Notes: generated from the letters alone by a model not told the origin. 64,000 nucleotides of DNA from an uncultured delta proteobacterium (GCA_963806225.1 CAWDXG010000001.1:96001-160000), one strand, 5' to 3'. Counted from the first letter of the stretch, positions 30,888 through 41,174 are shown. Made by a program: numbers and translations.

Positions 30888-31508
30888 ATGAAGGAGCAGC
30901 AGAGCCGGGCGCTCCTGCCCGGAGAGCAGGCCGAGGCGGCGCGGGTGCTTTCGCGCGCTTTCCGCGACAATCCGTCGAGTTGCGCATTTCTGCCGGGGCA
31001 GGACGCCGAGCAGCGCGTGCGCTCGCTCTGGCGTGTGTTCCGCGGGCTTGTCGAGGCGACGCTGCGCCACGGCTCGGTCCGCGTGGTCGAGGAAGGAGAC
31101 GCGCTCGCGGGCGTATCGCTGTCGTTCGCGCCGGGGTGCTTCCCGCCGCCGCGCCGCGCCTTCGCCTTTCTCGCCTATGGGCCGATCACCGCCGGTCCGC
31201 GCGCCGCGCTGCGCTATGCGCTAGCCGACGCCTGGATGCGCCGCCACCATCCGCGAAAACCGCACCAGTATCTGTTCGTGCTCGGCGTCGAGCCCAGAAT
31301 GCAGGGCCGCGGCGTCGGCGGCACGCTGCTCCGGCGTCTGTCTGCCACCGCCGACCGGGAGGGCGTGCCCTGCTACCTGGAGACGGACAAGGAGACGAGC
31401 GTGCGGCTCTACCAGCATCACGGCTACGAGATCGTCCGCGACGAGACCCAGCGCCTGATGGACAACCTGCGCTTCTGGACGATGCAGCGCCCGGCGGCGC
31501 CGCGCTAG
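30888..31508 (+). CDS. GNAT family N-acetyltransferase
   Basis: YLFVLGVEPRMQGRGVGGTLL, CYLET…NVRLY-like SVRLYQHHGY. Confidence 0.9.
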   Translation: MKEQQSRALLPGEQAEAARVLSRAFRDNPSSCAFLPGQDAEQRVRSLWRVFRGLVEATLRHGSVRVVEEGDALAGVSLSFAPGCFPPPRRAFAFLAYGPITAGPRAALRYALADAWMRRHHPRKPHQYLFVLGVEPRMQGRGVGGTLLRRLSATADREGVPCYLETDKETSVRLYQHHGYEIVRDETQRLMDNLRFWTMQRPAAPR

Positions 31509-31513
31509 CGCGG

Positions 31514-32536
31514 TCAGCGCGCGATCGGCGCGACGCGCGATTTCAGGAACGCGATGACGTCGTCGTGGTCGCGTTCGGGCGCACCGGGCAGCGCCACGAA
31601 CGCTTTCGCGAGCCGGTTCCAGCGCCCGAGCATCAGCAAGAGCCACACCTGGAAGAAGTCGATGCCGTCGAACACGATGGCATCCTGTCGGCCGTACTCT
31701 TCCATGTTGTCGGCGAACTCCGCCGGGTAGTCGCTCCAGTGGCAGCGGGCGCGAACGTGGTGGTGGATGTGGTAGCCGTCGTTGAAGCAGCGGCGGTTGT
31801 AGCGGGTGTTGATGCAGGTGATGCTGTTCAGATAGGCGTTGCCCGGATCGCTGCCGTCGACAAAGGCGTGTTGACCCCAGTTGCCCATCATCATCAGCAT
31901 GCGCACGAACACGACCGGGAATACGAACACGACCAGCGTCGGCAGTGGGCGGAGCCAGAGTAGGACCGCGACGACGCTCCAGAACGTCAGCTCGCCGATC
32001 ACGAGCCGCTTGAGCAGCTTCCGGCTGCCCTTGTGGGCGTGATAGAGCGCCAGCTCCGGCAGCCCGAAAAGCAGGAAGCGCACGAAGTAGTGCAGCCAGT
32101 GCGACAGCCGATCGCGCTGATAGCGGATGGTCGAGCTCAGGTCGTCCTCGAGGTTGTTCTCCGGATGGTGCATGCCCATGTGGTGCACGAAGTAGCTCTC
32201 CGGCGTCTGGCCGAAGAACGGGCCGATCACCCAGGGGATGAGCAGATTGAGCTGGCGCAACCGCGGCTTGTACAGCGGCCGGTGCGACGTGCAGTGCAGC
32301 ATCAGGATGAAGCGGTCGAGGAAGCCGAGGCCCCAGACGAGCAGGTACACGGGCGCCAGCCACCAGAACCAGCGGCCGCTGAAGAACAGGCCTACTCCGG
32401 CCGCGGCGACGGTGGCGCAGCCCAGCGAAAGCCAGACGAAAGGTAGATCGCGGGCATCGTTGAGCAGGCCGGCATACCAGCGCTCGGCAACACCCGCTGT
32501 TTGGTCGTCGATCGACGAGTCAGCAGCGTTGTTCAC
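31514..32536 (-). CDS. Membrane fatty acid desaturase family protein
   Basis: His boxes HCTSH, HHMGMHH, GYHIHHH plus TM segments. Confidence 0.88.
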   Translation of the reverse strand: MNNAADSSIDDQTAGVAERWYAGLLNDARDLPFVWLSLGCATVAAAGVGLFFSGRWFWWLAPVYLLVWGLGFLDRFILMLHCTSHRPLYKPRLRQLNLLIPWVIGPFFGQTPESYFVHHMGMHHPENNLEDDLSSTIRYQRDRLSHWLHYFVRFLLFGLPELALYHAHKGSRKLLKRLVIGELTFWSVVAVLLWLRPLPTLVVFVFPVVFVRMLMMMGNWGQHAFVDGSDPGNAYLNSITCINTRYNRRCFNDGYHIHHHVRARCHWSDYPAEFADNMEEYGRQDAIVFDGIDFFQVWLLLMLGRWNRLAKAFVALPGAPERDHDDVIAFLKSRVAPIAR

Positions 32537-32610
32537 GGGGGGCCCGGGACCCTAGCACAGGTCCGCCCGCGCGGGGGTGGCGACTTGACGCACCGCGGCA
32601 TGCGGCCCCT

Positions 32611-32976
32611 TCAGTAGTGCAGCACGCCCTGGCACTCCGGCGGGGACTGGTTCTGCGCCAGCGCGTCGCAGGAGTAGGTCGAAAGCACGGAGCGGCACTT
32701 GTCGACCTGTGCCTGCGAGGTGCCGCCTATGGTGCTGCACACGTTCTGGCAGCACGCCGGCGCGTTGGTGTCGACGCAGTCCTTCGTGGTTGTGCCGTAG
32801 GTGTAGATGCTGCAGTCGTCGATGGCGTGCTGGCAGAAGGTCGTCCACAGATCGTTGCACGCCTGCCCGAACGTCGGGTTCTGCTCCAGGTGGGGCGGCT
32901 TGTCGCTCCCCGAGCACCCACCCGCGAGCAGCAGGCCGACCAGCACCCATCCGGGCAATATCGATTTTCGACCCAT
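32611..32976 (-). CDS. Small Cys-rich lipoprotein
   Basis: LLAGGC lipobox and about 10 Cys. Confidence 0.65.
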   Translation of the reverse strand: MGRKSILPGWVLVGLLLAGGCSGSDKPPHLEQNPTFGQACNDLWTTFCQHAIDDCSIYTYGTTTKDCVDTNAPACCQNVCSTIGGTSQAQVDKCRSVLSTYSCDALAQNQSPPECQGVLHY

Positions 32977-33063
32977 CGGGCTTCTCCATGTGGATCGAAG
33001 CACAACACGCCGGAGCTTCGCAAGCGGCGTGGGGTGCGCCTCCGACGCCCTGCGCGGAACGCG

Positions 33064-33804
33064 CTACGGTTCCGCGCGGATCACGGTCAGCTCGCTCGAC
33101 GGGCGCCAGGGGGTGCCGGAGAAGCCCGCTTCAAGGCGCCACTGTTTCGCGCCGCTGCTGGACAGGGCGGTTTCGAGCTCGGTCTTCAGGAAATAGCGGT
33201 GCGCGATGCTTGCGGGTATCGAGCCGCCGCGGGCGTCTCGATACTCGTAGCTGACGACCAGGCGCTGCGCGTCGCGGTCCCAGGTGCTGCACTCGTAGAC
33301 GAAGTAGGTGGTGCCACGCGCCTCGATCTGCACGAGCGGGGAGGGCTCGTCGTCTTCGGGGTCGCCTTCGGCGTGGAACTCGTCGGCGTTCCACACGTCG
33401 GCGATGAATTCGCCGCCTGGTGCAAGGTGATGTACGGCGGCGCGGAGCGTCGCTTCGAGCGCTCTAGTGCTCCCGAGGCAGTAGAGCGCAGAGAACGGCG
33501 CGACGATGCGATCGAAGCGCTCGCCGAGATCGAGCTCCTGCATGCGCCCCTCGACGGGCTCCACCCCGGACACGCGCGACGATGCGATACGGAGTGCGTC
33601 CGCGCTTTCGTCGAGACCGACGAGCCTGCGTCCTGGCTCCGCCAGTGCTGCGAGCACGCGCCCGCTGCCGCAGCCGAGCTCCAGCACCGCCGCCGCGCCT
33701 TCGCACACGCGCCGGTAGAACGCGAGGTCGCCCGGCGTGCCCTGGTGCACGGCGTCGTACAGGTCGACGGGGTAGGGGCTCTCGCCGATGTGGGTGCCGG
33801 GCAT
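33064..33804 (-). CDS. Class I SAM-dependent methyltransferase
   Basis: DLAFY, VLELGCGSGRV, GLDES, LAPGGEFIADV. Confidence 0.9.
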   Translation of the reverse strand: MPGTHIGESPYPVDLYDAVHQGTPGDLAFYRRVCEGAAAVLELGCGSGRVLAALAEPGRRLVGLDESADALRIASSRVSGVEPVEGRMQELDLGERFDRIVAPFSALYCLGSTRALEATLRAAVHHLAPGGEFIADVWNADEFHAEGDPEDDEPSPLVQIEARGTTYFVYECSTWDRDAQRLVVSYEYRDARGGSIPASIAHRYFLKTELETALSSSGAKQWRLEAGFSGTPWRPSSELTVIRAEP

Positions 33805-33928
33805 GGAAGCGCGAGTATAGCCGAGCGCGAGCGAGCTGCCGGGGCATGTCCGGTTGGGGGGACCGCTTGCCCGTTGCAGACCGCCGCCCTGGTCTCCCGC
33901 GCCGCGGCGAAGCTATGCTTCCGGCGCC

Positions 33929-34891
33929 TTGGGTGCCGCCTCCACAGCTCACGCCTACTGCATCGGCGCCGACGAGAACGGGCTGGGTGCACGGCTCGGT
34001 CCGCTGGTGGTGACGGGCGTGCTGGCGCGCGTGGCCGCGCCAGCGGATCGCGCGCTGAGACGCAAGCTGCCGGCGCGGGTGGCTGCGGATCTGGATGACT
34101 CCAAGCGACTCGTGTCGCACGGCAACATCGCGCTCGGCGAGGCATGGGCGAGGGTGCTCGGGGCGCCAGACGCGGCGAGTCCCCGCGAGCTGTTCGAGCG
34201 ATTGAGCCTGGAGGGCGTAGGGCGCTTGCGTGACCCTTGTCCGTCGCACGTGGAAGCCCAGTGCTGGTCGGCCGAGGGCGAACGATTCCAGGCCGACGAC
34301 GAGCTCGTCGCGCGTGTGCGCCGGCACCTGGGCGCGCTCCGCCGCCGCGGGATCGAGATCGTGCGCGCGCAGAGCAGCGTGGTGTGTACGCGTCGCCTGA
34401 ACGACAAGCGCGCCGCCGGGCAGAGCCGGTTCGTCGCGGACCTGCACGCGATGGAAGAGCTGGTGCTGTCGCTGCGCGCGCACGCGGGCTCGGATGTAAC
34501 GGCCGTCTGCGGCAAGGTCGGCGGCATCGGCGACTATCCGCGCTTCTTCGGGCCGCTGTCCGGGCGGCCGCATGCGGTGCTCGAACAGCGCCGCGCGCTC
34601 GGGGCGTATCGCTTTCCCGGTCTCGGTGAGGTCCGCTTCGAGCAGGACGCCGACGCGCGCCACGTGCTGGTGATGCTCGCCTCGCTGGTCGGGAAATACG
34701 TGCGCGAGCTGCTGATGGCACGCATTCCGCGTTTCTACGCTTCACCAGGCGACGATGAAGCCGCGACCTGCAGCGGTTACAACGATCCGGTGACGGATCG
34801 CTTCGTCGAGCTGACGCTGCCCGCGCGCCGCCGCCGCCGCATTCCCGCCACCTGCTTCGAACGCGAGAGCGCGAAGAACGCCGATGGATGA
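33929..34891 (+). CDS. RNase HII-like protein
   Basis: IGADENGLGARLGPLVVTG, DDSKRL, DADARH…ASLVGKYVRELLM, SGYND; TTG start preceded by TATGCT. Confidence 0.7.
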   Translation: MGAASTAHAYCIGADENGLGARLGPLVVTGVLARVAAPADRALRRKLPARVAADLDDSKRLVSHGNIALGEAWARVLGAPDAASPRELFERLSLEGVGRLRDPCPSHVEAQCWSAEGERFQADDELVARVRRHLGALRRRGIEIVRAQSSVVCTRRLNDKRAAGQSRFVADLHAMEELVLSLRAHAGSDVTAVCGKVGGIGDYPRFFGPLSGRPHAVLEQRRALGAYRFPGLGEVRFEQDADARHVLVMLASLVGKYVRELLMARIPRFYASPGDDEAATCSGYNDPVTDRFVELTLPARRRRRIPATCFERESAKNADG

Positions 34892-36314
34892 GGCTGGCCG
34901 TCGCATTCTGGAAAAGCCCCTGGCGAGCCAGGTGGCTCGCTTCGGCGCGCCGCTCGCGCTCGGCATGGGGCTGCAGACCACGTTCAATCTGGTCGATGCG
35001 TACCTGATATCAAGGCTGGAACCGGGGATAGCGGGTCCGGCGCTCGGCGCTATCGGCATCTGCGACCAGCTCGCCGCGCTCGGCACCATCCTCAGCTACG
35101 GCCTTTCCGTCGGCACCGCGGCGATCATGAGCCGGCGCTACGGCCAGGGGGACATCGCCGGCATGCGCCGCGTGGCGTGGCAGTCGACGCTGCTGGTCTC
35201 GGTGCTCGGCGTCGTCTTCGGTCTGGTCGGCATCGTCGGCTCGCATGCGCTGATGTACGACCTCGTCGGCGCCAAGGGCGAGGTCGCCGCGCTCGGCACG
35301 CGCTACCTGCGCGTGATGGTCGGCGGCAGCATCACCATCTTCCTGCTGCTCCACCTGACGACAATCCAGCGCGCGCTCGGCAGCAGCAAGACGCCGGTCT
35401 CGATGCTGCTCACGGCCAATGCCACGAACCTGTTTCTGGCCGTGGTGCTGGTGTACGGCGCGGGCAATGCGCCGCCGGTGTTCTCGTGGGGTCCGCCCAT
35501 CGCGCGGGCTCTGGGGCTGCCGCGGCTCGAGCTGATGGGTGCGGCGTGGGCCACGGTGCTGGCGCGGCTGCTCGTGCTGGTGCCGCTGGTCGTGATCATC
35601 GTGCGGCGCTTCGAGCTGTTCCGTCGCGATTCGCGCGGGCGCCCCGACGCAGCGATGCTGCGCTCGATCTGGCGTATCGCCTGGCCGTCGAGCACGCAGC
35701 TTGTGGTGCGCATCCTGGCCATGCTGGTCGTGCACTCGGTGGTCGCGCGCGCCTACACGACCTCCACCGACCAATCCGCGACCACGGCGCTCGGCATCGT
35801 GTTCCGCCTCGAGACGATGGCGCTGTTCGTGGGGCTTGGCTGGGGCAGCGCGGCGCAGACCTTCGTGGGGCAGAATCTGGGGGCCGCCAATCCCGAGCGC
35901 GCCAAGCAGAGCGGTTGGTACGCCGCGCTCTACGACGCGGTCATGATGGCAATGCTGGCGGCGGCGTACTGGATCTGGGGCAAGCAGATCGTCGGCTTCT
36001 TCGACGACGCGCCGAAGGTGCTCGCGGTGGCCGTCAGCTACATGCGCTACGTCGGCTGGAGCTACGTCGGGCTCGGCATCGGTATCGTGCTCGGCTCGGC
36101 CATCCAGGGCGCCGGCGCCACCAAGCAGACGCTCAAGCTCGACTCGCTGGTGATTTTCGCCTTCCAGGTGCCGGCCGCCATCCTGGTCGTGTTCGTGTTC
36201 AATCTCGGCTACCACCGCTTGTGGCAGGTCGTCGCGCTCACGTACGTCGCCTTCGCATTGGCGTACGTGCTGAGCTACCGGCGGGGGCGGTATCTGACGA
36301 CGGTCATCACGTGA
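34884..36314 (+). CDS. MATE family efflux transporter
   Basis: QTTFNLVDAYLISRL, SRRYGQGD, GAAWATVLA, FVGQNLGAANPERA; about 12 TM. Confidence 0.92.
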   Translation: MDEAGRRILEKPLASQVARFGAPLALGMGLQTTFNLVDAYLISRLEPGIAGPALGAIGICDQLAALGTILSYGLSVGTAAIMSRRYGQGDIAGMRRVAWQSTLLVSVLGVVFGLVGIVGSHALMYDLVGAKGEVAALGTRYLRVMVGGSITIFLLLHLTTIQRALGSSKTPVSMLLTANATNLFLAVVLVYGAGNAPPVFSWGPPIARALGLPRLELMGAAWATVLARLLVLVPLVVIIVRRFELFRRDSRGRPDAAMLRSIWRIAWPSSTQLVVRILAMLVVHSVVARAYTTSTDQSATTALGIVFRLETMALFVGLGWGSAAQTFVGQNLGAANPERAKQSGWYAALYDAVMMAMLAAAYWIWGKQIVGFFDDAPKVLAVAVSYMRYVGWSYVGLGIGIVLGSAIQGAGATKQTLKLDSLVIFAFQVPAAILVVFVFNLGYHRLWQVVALTYVAFALAYVLSYRRGRYLTTVIT

Positions 36315-36320
36315 GCTGCC

Positions 36321-36578
36321 CTATCCACCGGCGACCGGCGGAATCACGGCGACGGTGTCGCCGGCGTGGAGCGTGGCGCTGGCCGCGGCGAACTCCTCGT
36401 TGATAGCGAAGCGCACGGCCACGAGCTTTCCCGACAAGCCGGGGTGCAGCCGCTCGAGGTGGGATGACAGCGCGGCGACGGTGTCGACGCCAGCGGGCAG
36501 TTCGAGCTCTTCGGTGTCGACGCCGAGGGCGTCACGCACGGCGGCAAAGTAGAGCATGCGGACATTCACGTCCGGCAA
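36321..36578 (-). CDS. moaD: MoaD/ThiS family sulfur carrier
   Basis: LYFAAVRD…AINEEF…LHAGDTVAVIPPVAGG with C-terminal Gly-Gly. Confidence 0.9.
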   Translation of the reverse strand: MPDVNVRMLYFAAVRDALGVDTEELELPAGVDTVAALSSHLERLHPGLSGKLVAVRFAINEEFAAASATLHAGDTVAVIPPVAGG

Positions 36579-36582
36579 TGTG

Positions 36583-37113
36583 TCACGCCTTGTGCTGGCG
36601 TTCCAGGTAGCGGCGCAGGCCGTCGCTCACCTCGATCAAGTTCGGGGTGATCTTCTTGACCAGGAAGTCCTCGACCGTCTTGCTGACGCTCTTGCTCAGG
36701 AGCTTCGGCACACCTTTGACCTTCTTCGCGTCGATCGAGAGCTTGCCGCGTATCTCGAGCCGCGTGCTGCCGTCGACTTCCACGAAACGGTTCTCCCCCT
36801 GGCAGTCGACCGCGTCCTTGAAAGAGTGGGTTTCGATGCGCCATTTGCAGGTGTACGCCTGCTCGTTCCACTCCGCGTAGTCGGTCCAGCTCAGCATCGA
36901 CTCGCTGAGCACGACTCTCGCCGCAGCAGGGATTTCCCCGCCGCCGTGCCATTCGTTGACGAAACGCACGATGCCGTCTTCTTCCTCGCGCGACTTCACG
37001 TCGATCCTGCGGATGTTCGGCAGGTAGTCGACCAGGTCGACGAGCTTGTCCCGGTACGCCTGGAAGACGATGTCGCGGGGAAAGGGAAGGTCGGCGTCGG
37101 CAGTCAGGTCCAT
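36583..37113 (-). CDS. START/SRPBCC-like (DUF2505-like) protein
   Basis: FPRDIVFQAYRDKL…WTDYAEWNE…C-terminal helix; helix-grip-like pattern. Confidence 0.6.
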   Translation of the reverse strand: MDLTADADLPFPRDIVFQAYRDKLVDLVDYLPNIRRIDVKSREEEDGIVRFVNEWHGGGEIPAAARVVLSESMLSWTDYAEWNEQAYTCKWRIETHSFKDAVDCQGENRFVEVDGSTRLEIRGKLSIDAKKVKGVPKLLSKSVSKTVEDFLVKKITPNLIEVSDGLRRYLERQHKA

Positions 37114-37120
37114 TGTTGGA

Positions 37121-38671
37121 CTACAGGCCGTACGCGAAACCGAGGGCAGGCGCAATGACTGTTGCCGTCCGGGGGAACATCTCGCGACCCGCCACCTCGA
37201 CCACCAGGGCGGCCCGTGGCGCGACGGCGTACTGGATGCCCACGCCGGCGCCCGCGAAAGCGACGCCGCCCTTCTGGTAGACGTCGACGTTGCGGACCTC
37301 GCCGTTCGGCTTCGCCGGCGTGTCGACGGCGATGCTCGTCGTCACGCGGGCCGCGGATTCAGCCAAGCCGGCGTTCACGAACACATAGGGCCGGACGCCC
37401 TTGTCGATGAAGGGGTCCTTCCGCAGATGGAAGGCGAAGCGGGCCTCGAGGTGCAGCGGCAGGAACGTCTTGCCGTCCACGCGCTTCGGGGGGCCGAGGA
37501 AAGCGAAACCCGCGCGGGCGCCGATCGTCATGCGCTTGCCGATCACCCGGTCGTACGAGAGCATCACGCGCATGCTACCCATCGCGACGCCGCCGTTGAG
37601 CTTGCCGGGGTCGAGCAGTGGGTTTTCCTGGACCTGCTGCCCGCCCGCGTAGAAGCAGGACAGCTTGCCGTCGCTCTGCGCCGCCTGGCTGCACGCGTCG
37701 CGGGCCGAGCCGACGATGCTCACGTCGGGTGAGAACTCGATGCCGATCCAGTTCTTCTTGCGCCGCTCTTCCTTTTCCTTCTCCGGGTTCGGGACGCTCG
37801 AGGCCTCCACGCACGTGAGCTCGACGCACACCTTGTCGCCCGGGCAATCGTCGTTGGAGCCGCAGCTCAGCCCCTCCACGGGGCGCGGGCACTCGGACGG
37901 CGGCACCGCGCCGGGCAGCGACGGCTGGCGGCTGTTGATCGCCTTCTTCAGCTCCACCTTGCGCGGATTCGCGGCGGACCCTGCACTGGCGACGCGGTCG
38001 AGGTTCGTGTTGAAGGCCGTGGTGAAATAGACGAGCGTACCGGTCTTCTTGACGGCAAAGCACGGGATGTAGCCGCCCCAGCCCTTGCCCTTCATCTGGA
38101 GCGCGAGTTCCTTCCACTGCTTCTCGCCCGGCGCCTTGTAGCGGACTACCACGCGCGACGCTTTGACCCCTTCGGGCACCTCCACGTACACCGGCACGGG
38201 ATGCCAGGTGGCCTGCTCGGGCCAGGGCTTTTCCTTGAGCACGGCGACGGGCTTCTCGACCGCAAGATTGGAGCCCATCTGCTTCTTGGCTTCGTCGAAC
38301 GCCTTCTGGACGTCGCCGGTGAGGTAGTTGCTGTCGGGCGTGATCGTCGGCTCGAGCCGGAGCGCGTCCTTGAAAGCCTCGACGGCGTTCTCCTTCTGGC
38401 CGAGACCCGCGCTGTACACTATGCCCATGTTGGCGTGGATCTTGGCGACCAGCGCCTTCGGGCACTTCTTGTCGCCGCATGCGCGAAGCGCGGTCTGCAG
38501 CTTGGCGGCGGCAGCCTTGAAGCTGGTGGCGAGGTAGTCCTGCTCCATCGCGTCCCGGTTCAGACCACGGGCCCGGGTCTCGGCGGCGCTCTCCGCCCTT
38601 CCGGTTACTGTGAGCAGCATAACCGCGAGCGCTATGGGGAACGCCCCGATCGCGTGCTTGATAGGCGACAT
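37121..38671 (-). CDS. Exported TPR-containing protein with C-terminal beta-barrel-like domain
   Basis: Signal peptide, TPR-like AVEAFKDALRLEP, Cys-rich linker, amphipathic strands ending GFAYGL. Confidence 0.7.
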   Translation of the reverse strand: MSPIKHAIGAFPIALAVMLLTVTGRAESAAETRARGLNRDAMEQDYLATSFKAAAAKLQTALRACGDKKCPKALVAKIHANMGIVYSAGLGQKENAVEAFKDALRLEPTITPDSNYLTGDVQKAFDEAKKQMGSNLAVEKPVAVLKEKPWPEQATWHPVPVYVEVPEGVKASRVVVRYKAPGEKQWKELALQMKGKGWGGYIPCFAVKKTGTLVYFTTAFNTNLDRVASAGSAANPRKVELKKAINSRQPSLPGAVPPSECPRPVEGLSCGSNDDCPGDKVCVELTCVEASSVPNPEKEKEERRKKNWIGIEFSPDVSIVGSARDACSQAAQSDGKLSCFYAGGQQVQENPLLDPGKLNGGVAMGSMRVMLSYDRVIGKRMTIGARAGFAFLGPPKRVDGKTFLPLHLEARFAFHLRKDPFIDKGVRPYVFVNAGLAESAARVTTSIAVDTPAKPNGEVRNVDVYQKGGVAFAGAGVGIQYAVAPRAALVVEVAGREMFPRTATVIAPALGFAYGL

Positions 38672-38867
38672 GGCGCGGGATCTTACCTCCACTGCGGCAA
38701 ACTTGTCTCTAGCGACGCCCGCAGATCCGTAACAGATTCGACGGTTTCCCGCCTTCGTCTCCGCCGACAGGCGGCTCCCGCGCGCCGGCGGGGCTGTGCT
38801 AGAAGGCCCAGGGTGAGGAGTGGGTGGGCGTTTCCTGCTCCGGACGTTCCCCTGGGAGGCATTCGAA

Positions 38868-39353
38868 ATGGCGGAAGGTAAGCAGGGTCTGGGTCGCGAT
38901 ATCTATATCGCGCTGGCGGCGATCGGCTGGGCGGACGGCAAGCTGGACTCCGACGAGGCGGACGCGATCGTGCGGACCGCCCTGGAGGAAGGGCTGGAGC
39001 TGGAGGAGATCAACGAGATCGAGGCGGCGACGAAGAATCCGGTGGACATCGGCGAGATCGATCGTCGCGGCCTGTCCAAGGAGGACCGCCTGTTCGTCTA
39101 CGCGGTGGCCTCATGGATGACCCGCCTGGACGGGCTCGTGTCCGAGACCGAGCAGGCGGCGCTCGACAAGCTCGGCCAGGCCCTCAAGGTGCCGGAGAAG
39201 CCCCGCGAGCACGCCGATCGCATCGCGCAGGAAGTCGCGAACATGCCCGATGGCGATCGCCCCGCGCGCTATGACCTGACGGCGCTCCGGCAGATTATCC
39301 ATGACCGTCTCGAGGCCGCGCAGCAGGCGCGCACGGCCAAGAGCGACGACTGA
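38868..39353 (+). CDS. TerB-like domain protein
   Basis: IGWADGKLDSDEADAI and duplicated RLDGLVSETEQAALDKLGQAL; SD GGAGG upstream. Confidence 0.7.
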   Translation: MAEGKQGLGRDIYIALAAIGWADGKLDSDEADAIVRTALEEGLELEEINEIEAATKNPVDIGEIDRRGLSKEDRLFVYAVASWMTRLDGLVSETEQAALDKLGQALKVPEKPREHADRIAQEVANMPDGDRPARYDLTALRQIIHDRLEAAQQARTAKSDD

Positions 39354-39379
39354 GCTCTGGCGGGCTCGCGCCCGCTCGT

Positions 39380-40451
39380 TCAGTTGCAGCGGTACAGGTT
39401 GTAGCCCGACGGGAGGCCCTGGCTCTGGCCACAGGTCTGGGTCGAGTCCGTGCAGGTCTGCCCGGGGTGGCACATCTCGCGCCTGATCGTCCCGCCGCCG
39501 CTCGCGCAGCTGTTGCGGCACTCGGTCCTCGTGTAACGGTTCAGCTGGACGCTGAACACGCCGCAGCACATCTGCCCCGGGCAGTCCTCCGGTCCGTCGC
39601 ACTGGACGTCCGTGGTCGTGCAGTTCGAGCCAGTGCAGGTGCATTGCGTTGCTCGTCGCTGTGCAGTAGCCCGGTGCGGGCTCGACGGCGCAGCACTTGT
39701 CTCCGCCCGTGCAGGTCGTCGACCCGCAGCTCACGCCGGCACTTCCGCCCGAGCCGCCAGTTCCGCCGCTGCCCGCGCTTCCGCCCGAGCCTCCGGCTCC
39801 GCTGCTGCCGCCGGTTCCGCCGCTGCCGCCGTTGTAGTTGCACGTGCCCGTGCTGGGCGCGCCGAACTGGGACGGGTCGACACAGCCGAGTCCGATGAAC
39901 GTGTCCATGTAGCCGCAGTGATTGTCCGGCTTGCAGCACCCGGCGAGCTGGAACCCGCCCTGGTTGAGCGGCGGGCAGTTGGGATCAACCTTTCCAGCCT
40001 GGTTCTTTTCCGCGCACTGTCCGCCCAGGGCCGGGTTGGTCAGACCGCACTTGTTGTTGCTGCTGCAGCAGGGATCCGCCTGGCCGATCCCAGGGATGTT
40101 GGTGCCGGTGCAGACCTGGCCGCCGCACACGACGCCGCCGGTGCCGCCGGTGCCCGTTCCGGCCGAGCCGCCTGCGGGCACTCCTCCCGCGCCTCCAGTC
40201 ACGCCGGTGCCGCCGGTGCCGGTGCCGCCGGTGCCGACGCCGCCGGTGCCGCCGGTGCCAACAGCGCCGGTGCCGCCGGTGCCAACAGCGCCGGTGCCGC
40301 CGGTCCCCGTGTTGCCCGTCCCGGCCACGCCGGCGTCGTAGCCCTGGAAGCCGATGTCGGTGGAGCCGCCGCAGCCGACGCCGGCGAGCAGCGTCGTGAG
40401 CCCGCCGACCAGCAGGCGGGAAAGAAGTCGGGAGCGAGAAGTTGAAGCCAT
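39380..40451 (-). CDS. Gly/Thr-rich, Cys-rich lipoprotein (frameshift near 39650)
   Basis: LAGVGC lipobox, GTGG repeats, CC-containing modules; C-terminal Cys module continues in the frame of ORF 39380-39571. Confidence 0.75.
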
Positions 40452-40592
40452 GGCGCGTCCTTCTGAGGGCGTGTGGGGGGTCGCGGAGGCGCGCAGTCTA
40501 GCATTGCGCGGGTCATTCCGGGCGCGCACTTCTAGCGCTAGCAGAGCTGGAATCGTGCAGTGCCGCTGCGTCTTGCGCGGCCGGCGCCGGCT

Positions 40593-41174
40593 TCAGGCGA
40601 GCAGCTCGCTTTTCGCGACGGGATAGCCTGCCGGGCGCTGCACGGCGTACGAGAGCGCCAGCACCTCGATCAGCACCAGCCGGTAGACCGTGTGTACGTC
40701 GTCAACGTCGATCTCGTCCGCGTGGGCCTCCAGCGTGGCGTCGACGTGCTCGTGTACGAACTCGAGCAGGTGGGGCTGCTCCATCGCGACCACGTCGTCG
40801 CTGTCCAGCGCTTCGGCGGGATCGGCGCGACGCAGCTGCTCGTCGAGCGAGAGCAGCTCTTCGGTGGCCGAGAGCTCGTTTTCGCCAACCTCGTCGATGT
40901 GCTCGCGCTGCGCCTGCTCGAAGCCGAGCCACACCGCCAGCGCCAGGAAATAGCCGAGAGCGAGAGCGGTCTCGTCCAGCGGACGGCTCAGGGCCTCGGC
41001 AACGTAGGCGGCTAGCGTGGGTTGCGTGCGTTCGAAGCGTTCGAACGCGTCATCCAGCTGGGCGCGCGCCTCGTCGTCGTCCTCGGCGAGGCTGTCGCGG
41101 ACCGCTTCCAGCGCGTGCATCGGCACGCGCGCATACGACGGGACTGGACGGATTGCCGAACGGCGGACCCACAC
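40593..41174 (-). CDS. Acidic hypothetical protein
   Basis: Helical acidic ORF (FERTQPTL…MEQPHLLEFV) with GC3-rich codons. Confidence 0.7.
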   Translation of the reverse strand: MWVRRSAIRPVPSYARVPMHALEAVRDSLAEDDDEARAQLDDAFERFERTQPTLAAYVAEALSRPLDETALALGYFLALAVWLGFEQAQREHIDEVGENELSATEELLSLDEQLRRADPAEALDSDDVVAMEQPHLLEFVHEHVDATLEAHADEIDVDDVHTVYRLVLIEVLALSYAVQRPAGYPVAKSELLA

